From NCBI RefSeq assembly GCF_036321535.1, contig NC_087437.1, positions 12,402,001 to 12,466,000 of the forward strand: a DNA stretch of 64,000 bases, read 5' to 3'. Of the stretch, positions 50,481 through 63,201 are shown piece after piece (position 1 is the first letter of the stretch; every line of letters starts with the position of its first letter). Position numbers and translations under genes: made by a program. Below the pieces are notes generated by a model, which worked only from the letters and a program-made list of their open reading frames with translations, did no database searches and was not told the origin of the DNA. The DNA comes from Camelus dromedarius (Eukaryota).

Positions 50481-51237
50481 TTCTGTCCAGAACTCAGTTA
50501 AAACTATAAAGTGGGCACATTCACTCCAACCCTGTGGTGAAGGGACGCTTGACGATATTTGCTAAAATTAAAAATGTGTGACCATTCAGGCAATTCTGCT
50601 CTATATCCACTGTAAGGAGAGGCCAAAGGGACACTGTAGCTTTATTGACAATGTTCCTTTTAAGTGAGAATGTATTCATGAAGTACTTTGTAATCAAAAT
50701 TAATTAATACAAGTCAATCCTCAAAATACAGTAGCAAATAGTATCCCAACAATGTTTTTACAACTGTACGTTACAAAAGACCAAAAGAGGGAAAATTATT
50801 TACATCAAGTAAAAAATGTATATATATACCATAGCATAAAAACCAGTCTTAAGATAAAGATAAGTACTCCAAGGTATGGAAATTCCATAAGGGTGTAATC
50901 GGTACCATAAAGAAGAAAGGTGCCCACAGAAGTGCCTTAAGCAGGAGGGAAAAACCAGAGAAATATCAATAAGGCCTTGAAGTATGAGTAGGAGTTTTTC
51001 TGGCTTAACTAGGGTGGGAAGAGGGTAGAGGAACAGGCCAGGCCAAAGGAGCAGCTTTAAAGGAGGTTGAGTTTTAGGAGACATATGTCATCCCACTTGG
51101 CTCCAGCATGGCTGGTGTACCTGGGGAGAGTGTGGAAAGCCCGTCCAGCACCTGGAGATGAGACGGGAAAGCAGGCAGAGGCTGATGAGAGGATGAGAGT
51201 CACCTGCGGAGGAACGAGCTGTGTGTCCTGTAGGAGC

Positions 51238-51694
51238 TCCTGTTAGTCTCCCGTGGCTGCAATGATATATTACCCAAAAGTTGGTGTCTTAAAACAACAG
51301 AGATTTATTTTCTCCCAGTTCTGAAGGCCCACAAGGTTGTGCTCCCTCTGGGGGGTCAGAGAGAACCCCTTCTCGCCTCGTCCAGCTTTGATGGCTCCAG
51401 TGACTCTGGGCACTTCTTAGCTTGCAGCTGCCTAGTTCCCACCTCTGCCTCCCTCTTCCCACAGCCTCTCCTCTTCTGTCCACATCTCTCCCCCACATGT
51501 CTTGCATAAGGACACAAAGTCATTGGATTTAGGGCCTACCTGGCTAAGCCAGGACGATCTCATCACTTAACCACATCTGTAAGCCCCTTTTTCCAAATCA
51601 GGTCATGTTCGTGGGGTCTCAGGGCTAGGATGTGCACAAATCCTTCTCAGAGGGTGCGGCGGACTTGGAGGGACACCATCCAATCCACCCTACT
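51238..51694 (-). mobile_element. MLT1C-like solo LTR
   Basis: tcttaaaacaacagagatttattttctcccagttctg...ataaggacac...gtcattggatttagggcc...tttccaaatcaggtca. Confidence 0.88.
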
Positions 51695-52029
51695 GCTGCT
51701 GGGGCAGATCACAAACAGAGAAGGAATATTATCATATTCGCTTTCTCAGAAGGTGGTGCTGGCAGGTCAAGTCTGAGGGTTCTGCAAGGACTAGAGATGT
51801 TCCTTGGTCATCATTAAGAGCGGAGCACTTGCTGTGGTTTCTGATACACTGCCTGTTGAAATAACGGACAAATGAATGAATCTGCAAGCGCACCAGTAAA
51901 GAAAAGCTTGCAAACAGTCAGAGACGAGAAGAGGGCCTGTGTTGTGGGAGCTGTCCATTAAGTGTTTTTGGACTAGGCCACTCAAAAACCCATGGAGCCA
52001 GTGGACCCTTACTGTTCAAACAAAGCTAA

Positions 52030-53290
52030 TTCATTCAACAAGTATGTATTGAGCATTTACTGTAGCTTTGAAGATAAAGGATGAAAATGTTCCAGGCCCT
52101 CATGAGCTAACAAAGAGTATATAAACAATATGGAAACCAAACAATAGCAGAGTAATAAATGCAAAAAGAAGAGAAAATGATGGTATGAGAGAAGGTACAT
52201 GAAGGTTGTTTGAGGTCAGGCGGTCAGGGGAGGCCTCACTGAGGAGGTGGAGGTGGCACTGAACCCTGGGAGAATCTGCGTGATGGGCGTTTCAGGCTCA
52301 CAGCTACCGTCAGTAACTTGAGGACAGGACAGGCCTGTCTGAGGGACAGTGAGAATGGGGAAAAGGGAGTGTGCGCTAAGGCCCAAGAAGCATAGGGGGA
52401 CCACATCATTGAAGGCCTTGGAGGCTGTGGTAAGAAGTGTGGATTTTAAATATAAGCAGAAGCCACTGGCAGATGCATGGCATGGTCTAATTTCCATTTA
52501 AATCAGGGCTTCTCAGCTTCAGCACTGTTGGCATGTGGGGCCAGACAGTTTTTTGTCTGGGGGCTGTCCTGTGCGTTGAAAGAGGTTTAGCAGCATTCCT
52601 GGCTAGAACCCCTCTCCCCAGTTGTGACAACCCAAAATATCTCCAGACATTGACAAATGTCCCCTGAGGGACAAAATCACCCCCACATGCAAACCATTGG
52701 TGTAAATAAATCACTCTCTGGCTACTATGAGAAATGTTTGTAGGAGAGGTAATAGTAGAAGGCAAAAGACCAGTCAGGGGGCTGTGGTGTGCTCCAGCCA
52801 AGAGAAGATTGTGGTTTCTAACTGCAGAGAGAGAAATCAGTGAATTTGGGGTGCATGCTGGAGGTACAATCACAGGATTTACTAATGGGCTCCAAGTGTG
52901 GGTGTAAGAAATAGAGAAGAATCAAAGAAGGCTGGTGGCCGGAAGAACTGGAGATTGATGGCACCTTTTACTGACACGAAGAATGATGGAGGAGTGAGGC
53001 TGGGTGGAGGGCAGCGTGGCCAGAAGGTCACGTGCTCTGATTTGGGTGCGTGTGTTTGAAATCTCTGTAAGACTCCCAAGGGAGCAAAGAAGTCAAGCAG
53101 GCAGTCAGAGACTCAAGTCTGGAGTTCAGGAGAGAGGTCGGGCTAGAGGGGTACAGGTTTTGAAGTCCTTGGCAGGTAGATGGCTTTAAAGCCATGGTGA
53201 AGATGAGATTTCTGAAGGAGGAAGGGAGAGCAGAAGAGGACTCAGGACTGAACCTGGGGTCCACTCACTGGGGGATCTGTCAGAGGAGAA
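52030..53290 (-). mobile_element. L2 LINE (~1.2 kb) interrupted by MER20
   Basis: ttcattcaacaagtatgtattgagca...ggtcagggggaggcctcactgaggagg...tggagttcaggagagaggtcgggctagag. Confidence 0.85.
52504..52699 (-). mobile_element. MER20 MITE nested in L2
   Basis: cagggcttctcagc...gttgtgacaacccaaaatatctccagacattgacaaatgtcccctg...aaccattg; degenerate 8-bp TSD atttaaat/gtgtaaat. Confidence 0.92.
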
Positions 53291-53595
53291 GCCAACGTAA
53301 GAAGCCAAGAGGGAGGCCCAGTGAACAAGAAAGGTCCAGGGAAAAAATGAAGGACGTTGGCAGGCACAGAAAAGACCTAGCTTCTGTCGTGCTGGAAGCT
53401 GTTCCCAGAAGTCAGAATACGCAATCATACTAGTAGTGAGGGGTCCTAAGTGTTTCTTCCTCTCGAATCACTTTCAGCTATTCAGTCCAGTCTGCAGGCC
53501 AGATGCCTGCTGCTCTAAAAGCTCTTAAGGAACTTCATGGTCTTAACATATCTGCCTTTGGAATCTTCTCTTCTGGTAATTGAAAGGGGGCTGCA

Positions 53596-53864
53596 CACTA
53601 CTGTATATAAAATAGCTAAACAACAAGGACCTACTGTAGAGCACAGGGAACTATATTCAATATCTTGTATTGAGCGTAACGGAAAAGAATATGAAAATTT
53701 ATTTATATATATAAAACTGAATAGCTTTGCTGTACACATGAAACTAACATTGGAAATCAACTACACTTCAATAAAAAATAAGGATATAAAAAAGACCTAG
53801 AATTTCAAAATTAAAGAAACATCTTATCAGTTAAATATATAAAAATTGAAAACTTTGAAAAATA
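53596..53864 (+). mobile_element. Short L1 3' end with extra 3' sequence
   Basis: actactgtatataaaatag...gcacagggaactatattcaatatc...cacttcaataaaaaa; perfect 14-bp TSD gaaagggggctgca (53582-53595, 53865-53878). Confidence 0.92.
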
Positions 53865-55759
53865 GAAAGGGGGCTGCAGACACCCTTCTTCTCCCATGGC
53901 AGAGCTGGGCCACGGACCCTCTCATCATTCCTTCTCACTTTGTGCTGATATCCATCAGCGACTGGAATCACGTGCAGGAAGAGAAGCCATTTTTCTTTGT
54001 CTTGGTTTGACATCTTGGCCCAGGCGATGGGACCAGATAGACAGGAAAAGAATGAGCTCACAGATGGGAAGCCAGAGTGACACACGGCTGGGTAGAGCAC
54101 TCGGAAACTGTGATCTACTGAACTACAGAAAACCCTCAAGGAGGCTCGTGATCGCACCTCAGTCCTCAGTTGTTCTGAGATTTTTGAGCCACTGTCATAG
54201 TTAAGTTCTTATTGGAATCCTACTAAGGCTTCAGAGGCCCGGAGCAGAGGTGTGGGCAGGGTGAATGGTCGGAGTAGGAAGGCTGGGTGGACAGAGCGGG
54301 GTGTGGCAGCCAGGGACCCGGTCAGCACCTGGAGGGCACAGTCGGACACGAAAATCCGTTCCTGTGCTGTGCTCACCCGGTAAACCAAAGAAGAGCAAAG
54401 ACAAGAAGTGAGATCCCAGGGCTGCAAACAGGTGGGCAAGTCTCAGGACCAGTTGTCCCAGGACAGGACTTGGCAGCAGGTAAGAGTGAGGGAGAAGGCA
54501 GGAGAGACCACGCCATGGGAGCAGGGACCTCCATCACGGAGCGCAGTGACCTGCTGCTCCGCCTGGGAGGCAACCCGGGGAATCCCGTTTCCCCCGCCAG
54601 TCCAGCCAGAAGCCAGAGTAGTGGAGCCTCCTGGGGCAGGAAGAAGAGCGGGGAGAAGGCAGCAGGAGACCATCCCCACAGACCCCCTCTGGCCCGAATG
54701 GGTCCAGCCTAACGTGTATGTTCTCCCTTTTGCGTGCACAACGTGTCTCTCTTCAGGGGTTAATGATTTTAGCAGAAACTTAGCTACCCGGAGCACTTCC
54801 ACCCTTGACTTTGCATGGGAAAGAACTACGTAACCCCATCTAGAAAAACCCCTCAGGGAAGACTCAAAGATTACTCTACTTTTCTTCTTTTATTCCCCAG
54901 TATCTCTTCTGAAACCTATACTTTTTATTTAGCGCAGGAAGCACCGATTAACAGGCTGAGAAGAGATTTTCCTGAAAACTTAAAGTGGAGAGAAATAAAC
55001 CAGGTTGTCCAAAAAACAATGAGAAATCATTACTCCAAGGTGCTAGGCACCACGACTGGTACAGGAGAAAATAAAGCCTGGGAAGTTAGCCTCCATCAGC
55101 ATAGCCCAGCTCGGAAAAATCATTAGCTTCAAATAGGGCAATAAATACAGGACCCTATGCATAGTAGGTGAGCCCACGGCTTCCCAGCGATGACGATGTA
55201 TTTCTTTCTAGCAGCCTGTTACTGGAGCTGACTTACCTCATAATGATCATCTGTTTTCTGTCTGGAGAACCGTGGGTGACGTGGGCAACATCTCAGCCAT
55301 CGGTCTGTAACTGTGAGGTTTCCTGTTCCAGGTGCTGCTGTCGCCTTAATACCAGTGGGTACCACCTTACAAGAAACCCTACGATGACGGGGTGATTGTT
55401 AAATCAGACAGGGGATCGGCTTCTTGGGTCCTTTGACTCTTATGACTCTTATAATTGTTAGGGTTCAAGAAATACTATTCTACACTTTTGAATTAAATGA
55501 TGAGTACATCTGTTTGAAGCAAACTTGGATCCTTCAAAGGGGCCTGTATTTTGTTACCCATCAGTTAAGAGGTAATCACCACCTATTAAGTGAGAAAATC
55601 TGTGCAATCCCTTATACCTACCTGTAAATTTTTACCCTAAATCCTCTGACTGCGTGAACACATAGACGTAGGCTGGGACACACGTACCACCATCAGAACG
55701 GAGGTTCTGTTTGCGATCAGCTACAACCATTTAGACAAACCTTTTTTTTGAGTGAGAAT

Positions 55760-55950
55760 GATTGAAAGCTCGAGCTCCAAAGTTAGCCTCCCGGATTCAA
55801 GTTTCCACCTACCTTTTACTAGCTTGAGGGACAGGACAGAACCTCCCTGTGGGTCAGTGTCCTCATCCATGAAATGGGGATAATGTTACATCTACGTCTC
55901 CAGAATTAATAAGGAGTAAGTGAGTTAATCCATGTAAAGTTCTTAAAACT
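55760..55950 (+). mobile_element. MIR SINE
   Basis: tcagtgtcctcatccatgaaatggggataat...gtgagttaatccatgtaaagttctta. Confidence 0.8.
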
Positions 55951-57644
55951 TCGTCTTCATTTTATTGCGGATCTAGCATATTGCACCGTTTAAGAAAACC
56001 TCAAAGATGAGCTGTTATTATTTACTTATGCAGAATCAGCCACATCAAATGGTATTCTGCTCACACTACTTTGGAGATCTTACCCTTTCTTGACCCCCCC
56101 ACAATGCTATCCCCCTCTCTCTCCCCTCAGGCTCATGTCAAGCAGGGAAAAGTGCCTGATGGGTAACACATGGTAAAGACTCTAGTCATGCCTGTGGGAC
56201 ACATATAGTCCAACAGGACACAATTCCAACTCATCTCAAAATGTTACCTTTTATTAGTGTAGAGAATAATGAAGAAAAAGGAATTCTTGCCTCTGTGAGT
56301 AATTACCAGTTCTTATGGCCCCAGATACAACCATGTCTTTATGGCACCTTGTAATCCATGCCTTGCCCTGAGCCTGAAGCCCTCCTGGGAGGGTCAACAA
56401 TACAGATGCTATTCCTGATTAGTGGATTTTTTTTTGAAACAGGCCTTTTGCTGACAGATGTGTAAAAGTGCACCTACCTATACAATTAATTCCCTATCAC
56501 CTCGGCAGCTGTGGACAGCCAAGAACCCACACTGTTTCTTTTCACTTGGCATCCACAGACACTGGATTTTTCTCGCCAGGTCTACCTGTGCAGCTATCAG
56601 GCTGCCCCAAGGACTGTTTGACTTCATTGCATCCACGTGGGGTTCCCACACCCCTGGTGGAAGCAAGTCCCACACAAATATTGAAGGCATACAAATCTGA
56701 ACTTCCATTTCCTCCTGGAGGAAATGGGAGCTACCCGGGTGCCCTCAGTTAGGCAATGGTCCTGAATCCAGCTTCCCATGAGCCCCAGAGCACCCAGGAC
56801 ACCACGTGTGAAACGTGGACTTGGTGGGACCTGGGTGGGCTCATTTCATAATAATGAAAAATGCCTTGTTTTTCTTCTGTGTAATCTTCTTTCAATCCAT
56901 TATGTTAGCTCATTTTTTTTTCCAGTGTTGCTTGAGAAATACTGCGTAAGTGATTAATAACCTGTCTTGGTTTTGCTTTTGCTCTCACTGGCTTAAAGAG
57001 AAATAATGTGACCCTACAGATGTTTGGACAAATAGTACATTGTGTTAATGACAGATTCTGCTCAGACATGCCCCACGCAGCTGAGCTTATCAGCACGAAA
57101 AGAACAGGTATTCCTGGACTTTGTCTAACTGTCCTTTCTTGGCTTTTCTTGTTAGACTAAATACCAACCATATTGAAAAGGGGACTGAACAAAACCGTGT
57201 TCAGGGCTGTGCACTGCTTTTGTCCTGTACAAGGCAGACAGAGGGAGAAGGTGCCAAGAGACATACGTGGAGGTCGTATCAACGGTCCTAACAGAATAGA
57301 AGCATTCTTGCAGGCTGAGTCTGTGGATGGCACTGTGTAGGTCAGGTATCTCTTTATATAAATTACTTGTTTTATTTTTACTTAAAGTATGGTAATAGGA
57401 GAAATAAGGTTTCTTAAGCAGATAAAAATTACCAGCCAGAGTTAATTAAGTCATCTTTTATAGTATGTGGTTTCAGTAAAATAGGTAATTAATGATAACT
57501 GAAACTCTCTGGGCTGGTTTATATGAAGGTTGAGTTGGGATGGTAAAGGAAAAGAGAGGAGACGTAATTTCCAAACTGGGTCATGTTCCCTAGATAAGAA
57601 AATCCGAGCAAGGTTAGAATGAAGGAATATGGTTCAAATTTAGA

Positions 57645-57790
57645 ACCTAAATGTTAGAAGTGGCAGGGACCTTTGAGTCACTTCATCAATATGCTCATTT
57701 TACAAATGGGGAAAAGGAGGTCCGGCGGGGGGGTTCAGTCACATTGCTGTTCAGTAGCCGTGCAATACCCAGTACCCACTGTTTTTTCTG
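57645..57790 (-). mobile_element. MIR fragment
   Basis: gggacctttgagtca...ctcattttacaaatggggaaaaggagg. Confidence 0.6.
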
Positions 57791-58740
57791 AGATTTTTGT
57801 ATTTTTCCCACCACCTCTTCCTAGTCACAATTTTTTTCAATTCAGAAATATTTGTTAAGCACACACTAGACGTAGGGGACTGAAATGTGACAGTCCAGGT
57901 GAGAAAACAAAATGTGAGACTTCATCACATCAGCCATCAAAGTTAGGTTTTCCAACTTTGCAGAAGAGAGACAGCTGCAAAGCATTCTATCTTAACAGTG
58001 ACAGTTAAGATGAACCTTATTCGAAGTTGCGAAATCACATCGTGATCGCGTTAGTGCAAGACTCCGGCGTGCACACACGAGGGCCCCTTGCAGATGGCTT
58101 GCAGAGACTTCGTTTATGTCGGCACTTTAGGGAACAGATGGGACCTGCGGCGTCCCAGGGCAGGTGTGGATTTACAGCATCTCCGTCACAAGCCAGAGCG
58201 TGGTCCCTTCTACCTGAGGAAAGCAGTGCGGTGCCTGGGGACCGTCAGTCACCCGCAGAGGAGTCCCTAAAGAAATGTGTCCCCAGTGGTGCCACTAGCT
58301 CCATCCTGCACCTCTGTCTGATGTCAACAAAAGATCCGTTTTATTTCAACTTTATAAAGGAAAAAATGAGCATCACTGAAAAGGCTAGGAGTTTAAGAGA
58401 GAAACCCACATTAGTCTCAATGTCCCCTGCTATTCAGAATTCTGATGTAGATGTATTTTTCCTCCAACTTCTGTGTTTAGTATGTAAGGTACGACCCCCT
58501 CCCCTGAGTTATCGATCCCCCAAATATTTGAAGCTCTTGAGATTAGAGAATTAAAGGAAAACACATACAAAGCATGAGATTGCTGATGGGTAACTTCAGG
58601 GTCTTTAGTCTGTAAAATACTGGTAAGAATGTGTGTCTTGGTTCCTCATAGGATAGCACTTCAGCATCTCATAAAGAAGCTATAAGAGTAGATAGCCACT
58701 TGGGAGAAAGAAAAAAATCCACACATAATATCAAACAAAA

Positions 58741-59060
58741 GCGATCAATGAGACGAATGCTGAAGCTATTACGCGAATGTGGAATATCCTCTGTAGGAAG
58801 GCGTCTTCCCTAATTATATAAGATCGCTTGTAAAATTGATTTTGTGTAAACACAGAGCTCGGCGCAGCTCGGCCCTTGCAGGCAGCACGAGTTGTTGGGA
58901 ATTTACCGACCCGGCGCTCCCGTGTGTTACTTTCCTCCCACTTAATGGTCTGTTTAGTTAGCCTCGGCGTGTACAAACTCCCTGCCGCCTGCTGCAGGCA
59001 CCGCACGTGGACCGCCACGGAGCTAAAGCAAGGCGCCCCACGCCAGAGCACGCAGGGGCC
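58741..59060. promoter_or_regulatory. CpG-dense non-repeat patch, candidate enhancer or alternative promoter
   Basis: 24 CpGs counted in 320 bp; TAATTA, forkhead TGTAAACA (58845-58852), E-box CACGTG (59004-59009). Function is inferred only. Confidence 0.4.
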
Positions 59061-59159
59061 CAGGAACAGCCCTTGTTTTCTGATTTTCCTCAGGACCTGG
59101 GGTGGGAGGTGAGCAATCCGTATCCTTATACTTTCTACTGTTCCCTGAACAAGGAAAGC

Positions 59160-59370
59160 ATCAAAAAAGGCTAGACTCAGACCTGACTCCAGGTCCTACC
59201 CTACCTGGGGATGTGATCATGGGTCCATCAGATCATCTCTCTGAGCCTCAGGCTGATCGATGTAAGACAGGAAAAATTCAGTACCTGCCTGTTTCCTGAA
59301 TTTCTTGGGAAAATTTAAGGACAAAGTGGGTATGCCAATTTTATAGTATAGCATACAAATGCTATTCATG
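59160..59370 (+). mobile_element. MIR SINE
   Basis: tcagacctg...tgtgatcatggg...ctctctgagcctcagg. Confidence 0.65.
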
Positions 59371-59386
59371 CAAATACATGATCAAC

Positions 59387-59420
59387 CTCTCTCTCCCTCT
59401 TTCTCTCTCTCTCTCTCTCT
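59387..59420. repeat. Imperfect (CT)n microsatellite
   Basis: Read directly. Confidence 0.85.
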
Positions 59421-61139
59421 GTGTATACCCCCTTCCCCAAATTAAGTCAGAATTGTTAGCAAGCTAGCTGGGAAATAGGGAAAACCATTCTCTGCCTTGG
59501 GAGTGGCCTAAGAGAAAAAGGACTGAGGCCCGATCACGACAGGTGATGCCACATTATGTGAACTCTTAAGTATTTACTTAACATGGTAACATCTCTGGGT
59601 TTGAGATACATCTCACAGCCAGTGGTGCAGAGGGAATAAGCAGACTTTTTTTTCTTAGTGGCACATGAAATAATGATGCCTGGTTTTTGCAGTCATCAAG
59701 GTCTTAGATTCAATGAAGTACTGTGGCCTCACAGAGAACTCTCATCCAGGACTGAGGGAGCAGAGGGGCAGCGAGGGCTGGATCCCTGGAGGGCAGATAA
59801 TGAAAGACTCTGCAGGAAAAGTGACTTTGTAAGCGGCATGGCTGGAAAATGAACACTGAACTGGATAGGAACTGGTTTTGGAGGAAAGCTACATTTTACA
59901 AGCATTCCATTGTAAAGTTCAAGAGTTTCCTAGTATACCAAAAGAGACATGGAAAGAAAAGAATCTGATAACTAAAGGGGAAAAGGTGAATAAAAGGCAA
60001 CCCTCCCCACCCCCAACTTTTGCCCACGTAACGGAACCACCACCTTCTAGAGAGGTTCCAGAGTGACGCTCCCCTGCAGGACACAGGCCCTCACACGAGA
60101 GCTGCCCTCACCCACACTCTTCCCCATGCTGTACCCCTTGGGTGAACCCAGCTCTAATCTAAAACAGAACGTTCAGAGTCTCAGGCTCTGAGACTGGCCT
60201 CTGGAGCGACCCCAACTCGATCCCAGGGCAGAGCAAACAGCCTTCATGCAGGTCTAGTTTCTCGCAGGCCTTTGCTCTCAGGAATGCAGCTATGTGGCCA
60301 TTTCCCTGACCTGGACCCTGTCATAATGAATCCTTCCTTCCCGTTGAATTATTTTCCCCTCTTTCCTCTAAAAGATTTAACCCATATGCCAACCTTTAGT
60401 GAAACTTCTTTTGCACAAGAAAAAATAAACAAGCAACCAGGATTTGAGTGGCCAGAGTTGGGACAAAACCAAATGGGGTTTCCTGTATTTTAAAAGATTG
60501 CAAAATACTCTAAGGATGAAGAAGAATGTTGACAGAGCTTAAATGCCCCATTATAACGAGAGTTCAAACCCGGACGGATGGCATCACTGCCTCCCTCCCC
60601 CGCCTAACTGCCCCTCCTTGTTTCCTGTGTTCTCTCCTCTCCTCTGGATTTACTCTTAGCTTTTCAGTTTCTACTTTCTCTGTATGACAGCTGCGCACTT
60701 TACCTTTTCTATCGTGCACGTTTAATTCTCAGGACTTCTCCTATAGAATCTTGATTTCCCGTGTTTGATCTGCCTCGACCTTTCCACCTGGTGAGTTTCA
60801 CCCTTCCTCCTCTTGCTTTATTATTTTCTCTTCCCTGTTTATTATTTCTCCTCCTTCACTTGGGTTTCCATTCTTCTGTTCGTCAAGTCATTCTACATCA
60901 CTTGTAAAATAATGATAGAATTGTGGACACTCCCAAAATATTAGGGTATCTGCAGATGAGAAGCTGGGCTCTGTTGCAGTTACGAGGTAGGAAAATAAAC
61001 TTGACTGAGGCTACCATCTGACAGCCTTGGGGCTGTTAGCATCGCACTCAGGGACGCTCCCAGTGCTCTCTTAAAGGAATGCTGTCATTTACCCAGGGCG
61101 AGGACCAAGTTGGGAAAGAAGGTGGGTAGGAGGGCGAGG

Positions 61140-61372
61140 CAGTGTGGTCTCAGCCTCTGGTGCCAGAATTCCTATATTCAGACCTCAACGCTTCTTCTCA
61201 CTTTAGCTGTGGAATCTCAGGAAAGTTACTCCTCTGGGCTACTTTTGCCAAATAGAGATGATAATATAATACCCCTCTTATACAATTTTCGTGAGAATTA
61301 AATGAGTTAACACATTTAAGCACTTACAGCTGTGCCTGTAACACAGTAAATCTGTGTATTAACTATTAGCTA
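61140..61372 (+). mobile_element. MIR SINE
   Basis: tagctgtggaatctcaggaaagttact...gtgagaattaaatgagttaacacatttaagcactta...gtgcctg. Confidence 0.85.
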
Positions 61373-61529
61373 AGTATTAGCTCGATACTTCAGGTATTAG
61401 CTAAGTATTAACTATATGATGTGCTTAAGTCACTTGAGTTGGTATCAGACATAAGAAAATACACCTTTTGGGAAATACATCTCCTCTTGCATGTGTCCAT
61501 CTGGGTTAAAGTTTGAGAAGGCTTGAAAG

Positions 61530-61729
61530 TAGGGATTTATCGAAGTGTGGCCCTTTGGACCACCAACAGCAGCAGCATCTGGGAACCTGTCAGAATTGCA
61601 GATCCTCCAGCCCTACTTCTGACCCACCACCGCCAACTGAATCAGAAGCTCCAAGAGTGAGGCCAAGCAATTCAAGTTTTAACAAGCCCTTCAAGGGATT
61701 CTGGTGATGCTGCAGTTTGAGATCCATGG
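61530..61729 (+). mobile_element. MER5A MITE
   Basis: aagtgtggcc...cagcagcagcatctgggaacctgtcagaattgcaga...actgaatcagaagctc...ttttaacaagccct. Confidence 0.85.
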
Positions 61730-62639
61730 TCCTATGATAGACATTGTCTCTACACTGAAGGTGCTTCAAGAATACAAAATAGAGCTGTGCCCACCTCAGC
61801 CACCACCACCAGCAACACAGTGAACCTCTGTATGGTCCATGGTCACACTCTTTGGAGCAGCTTGAGTAGGGAGCCTGCTGTGGGTGCAGAGTAGCAATAT
61901 TCTACCTGAGGAATATTAGCATCACCTCTTCCTTTGGCCCACGGTGGTGAATTGCTTGTTTCTTTTGGTCCAGAGACTAGGAATCCAAGAGTAAAGGAGG
62001 ACAGATCAAAATAAAGAGATGGCCTTGATTTTCCCAGGCAAGCAAGGCTAGTTAGTCCAGGCACAGACTTAAACACTAGTGCCTTTCACCTCTCAAAGCA
62101 ATCAAGCCACCTGGCAATATGTATCCAGTGACCTCTGCTTAATGCTTCCAAGTTGTCCTCTACGGAATGTATTTGAGACCTTTCAAAGTTAATACCTCAG
62201 GACAAATCACCACGTTTTCTTTCTGGAGCTCCTTGGTGGTTGGAGAAGTTGCCTTTTAGGGATGTGGACTCCATAGCCCTGTCCATAGTATGACCCATGT
62301 GGCATCGCTGATATCCTGACAAGCATGGAGTGATGCGCTTGGCCCTGTGAAACCCTCTGTTGAACACAGGCAAGGGTCGGGCACACCTCCTTGCTGATTG
62401 CATCAAAACACAGCTGCTGGTGACATCCCAAAGAGACAGTAGCTCAGGGGCCACACCCTTGCCCCACAGGCAGACTTCCCAGAAGTCCTCATGGAAGAAC
62501 CACAGAGAGAGCACCTAGGCTAGAAGCATCGTTGTCCACACATGCTCTTAGAGCCACGAGTTCTGAAGGTGTGCTACGGGCACGGTCGCCATGCAAGTAC
62601 ACATTTCTGTGTTCAGGGAGGAGGTTACACCTTTATATT

Positions 62640-62795
62640 CACTTAACCAGCCACACTGGTTTGGTCATCACCATTTTATAGTTGCAGAAACTGAGGTTCA
62701 GAGAGGTTGTAACAACGAAAGATACAAAACTAGTCATAGAGCCAAGGTGAGGACCGAGGTCCTCTGACCCCCAGTCTCTGCATTTTCCACTTCAC
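62640..62795 (-). mobile_element. MIR SINE
   Basis: ccattttatagttgcagaaactgaggttcagagaggtt. Confidence 0.75.
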
Positions 62796-63040
62796 CATGT
62801 GGCTTTTCCCTGCCAGCCCATGACATGGGATGGGCGGTCTGTCTTCAGTATGGAGAGAACATGGGTCCTCAACAGGAAGGCCCCTTTCTGAACCTAAGAA
62901 GTGACAAGGTGATTTGCTTTCTAGATTCGGCAGCCCCTGTGCTGACAGCGTCTACTATTCTCCAATAATTCTCCCAGACTTCAACTTGGTAGAACCTGGG
63001 CTGGGAAACTCGAGAGACGGTAACAGCTGTTCACTTAGAG

Positions 63041-63201
63041 CTGCGTTGTCCAGTAGCACCAGCCACCTCTGTGGTGGTGGAAATGTTTAGTGTCTGTGCA
63101 ATCCAATATGGTAGATGAAGAATTAAATTTTTCATTTTATCTAATTTTTATTAACATAAACTAATAGTCACGTAATAGTGGCTACCCCATGAGACCACAC
63201 T
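63041..63201 (+). mobile_element. MER3-like hAT-Charlie MITE (internally deleted)
   Basis: ctgcgttgtccagtag...tggtggaaatgtt...tccaatatggtag...gaattaaatttttcattttat...tagtggctacc. Confidence 0.8.

Noticed and set aside
54209..54833. Cluster of overlapping 66-141 aa ORFs on both strands
   Set aside because: Expected in a GC-rich, stop-poor stretch; no recognisable protein. I also could not assign it to an LTR family.
58027..58554. Longest ORF (175 aa) as a gene
   Set aside because: Non-ATG start, no recognisable domain, composition typical of random non-coding translation.
62197..62514. Processed pseudogene or exon
   Set aside because: No recognisable peptide in any frame I read; no poly-A tail or TSD.
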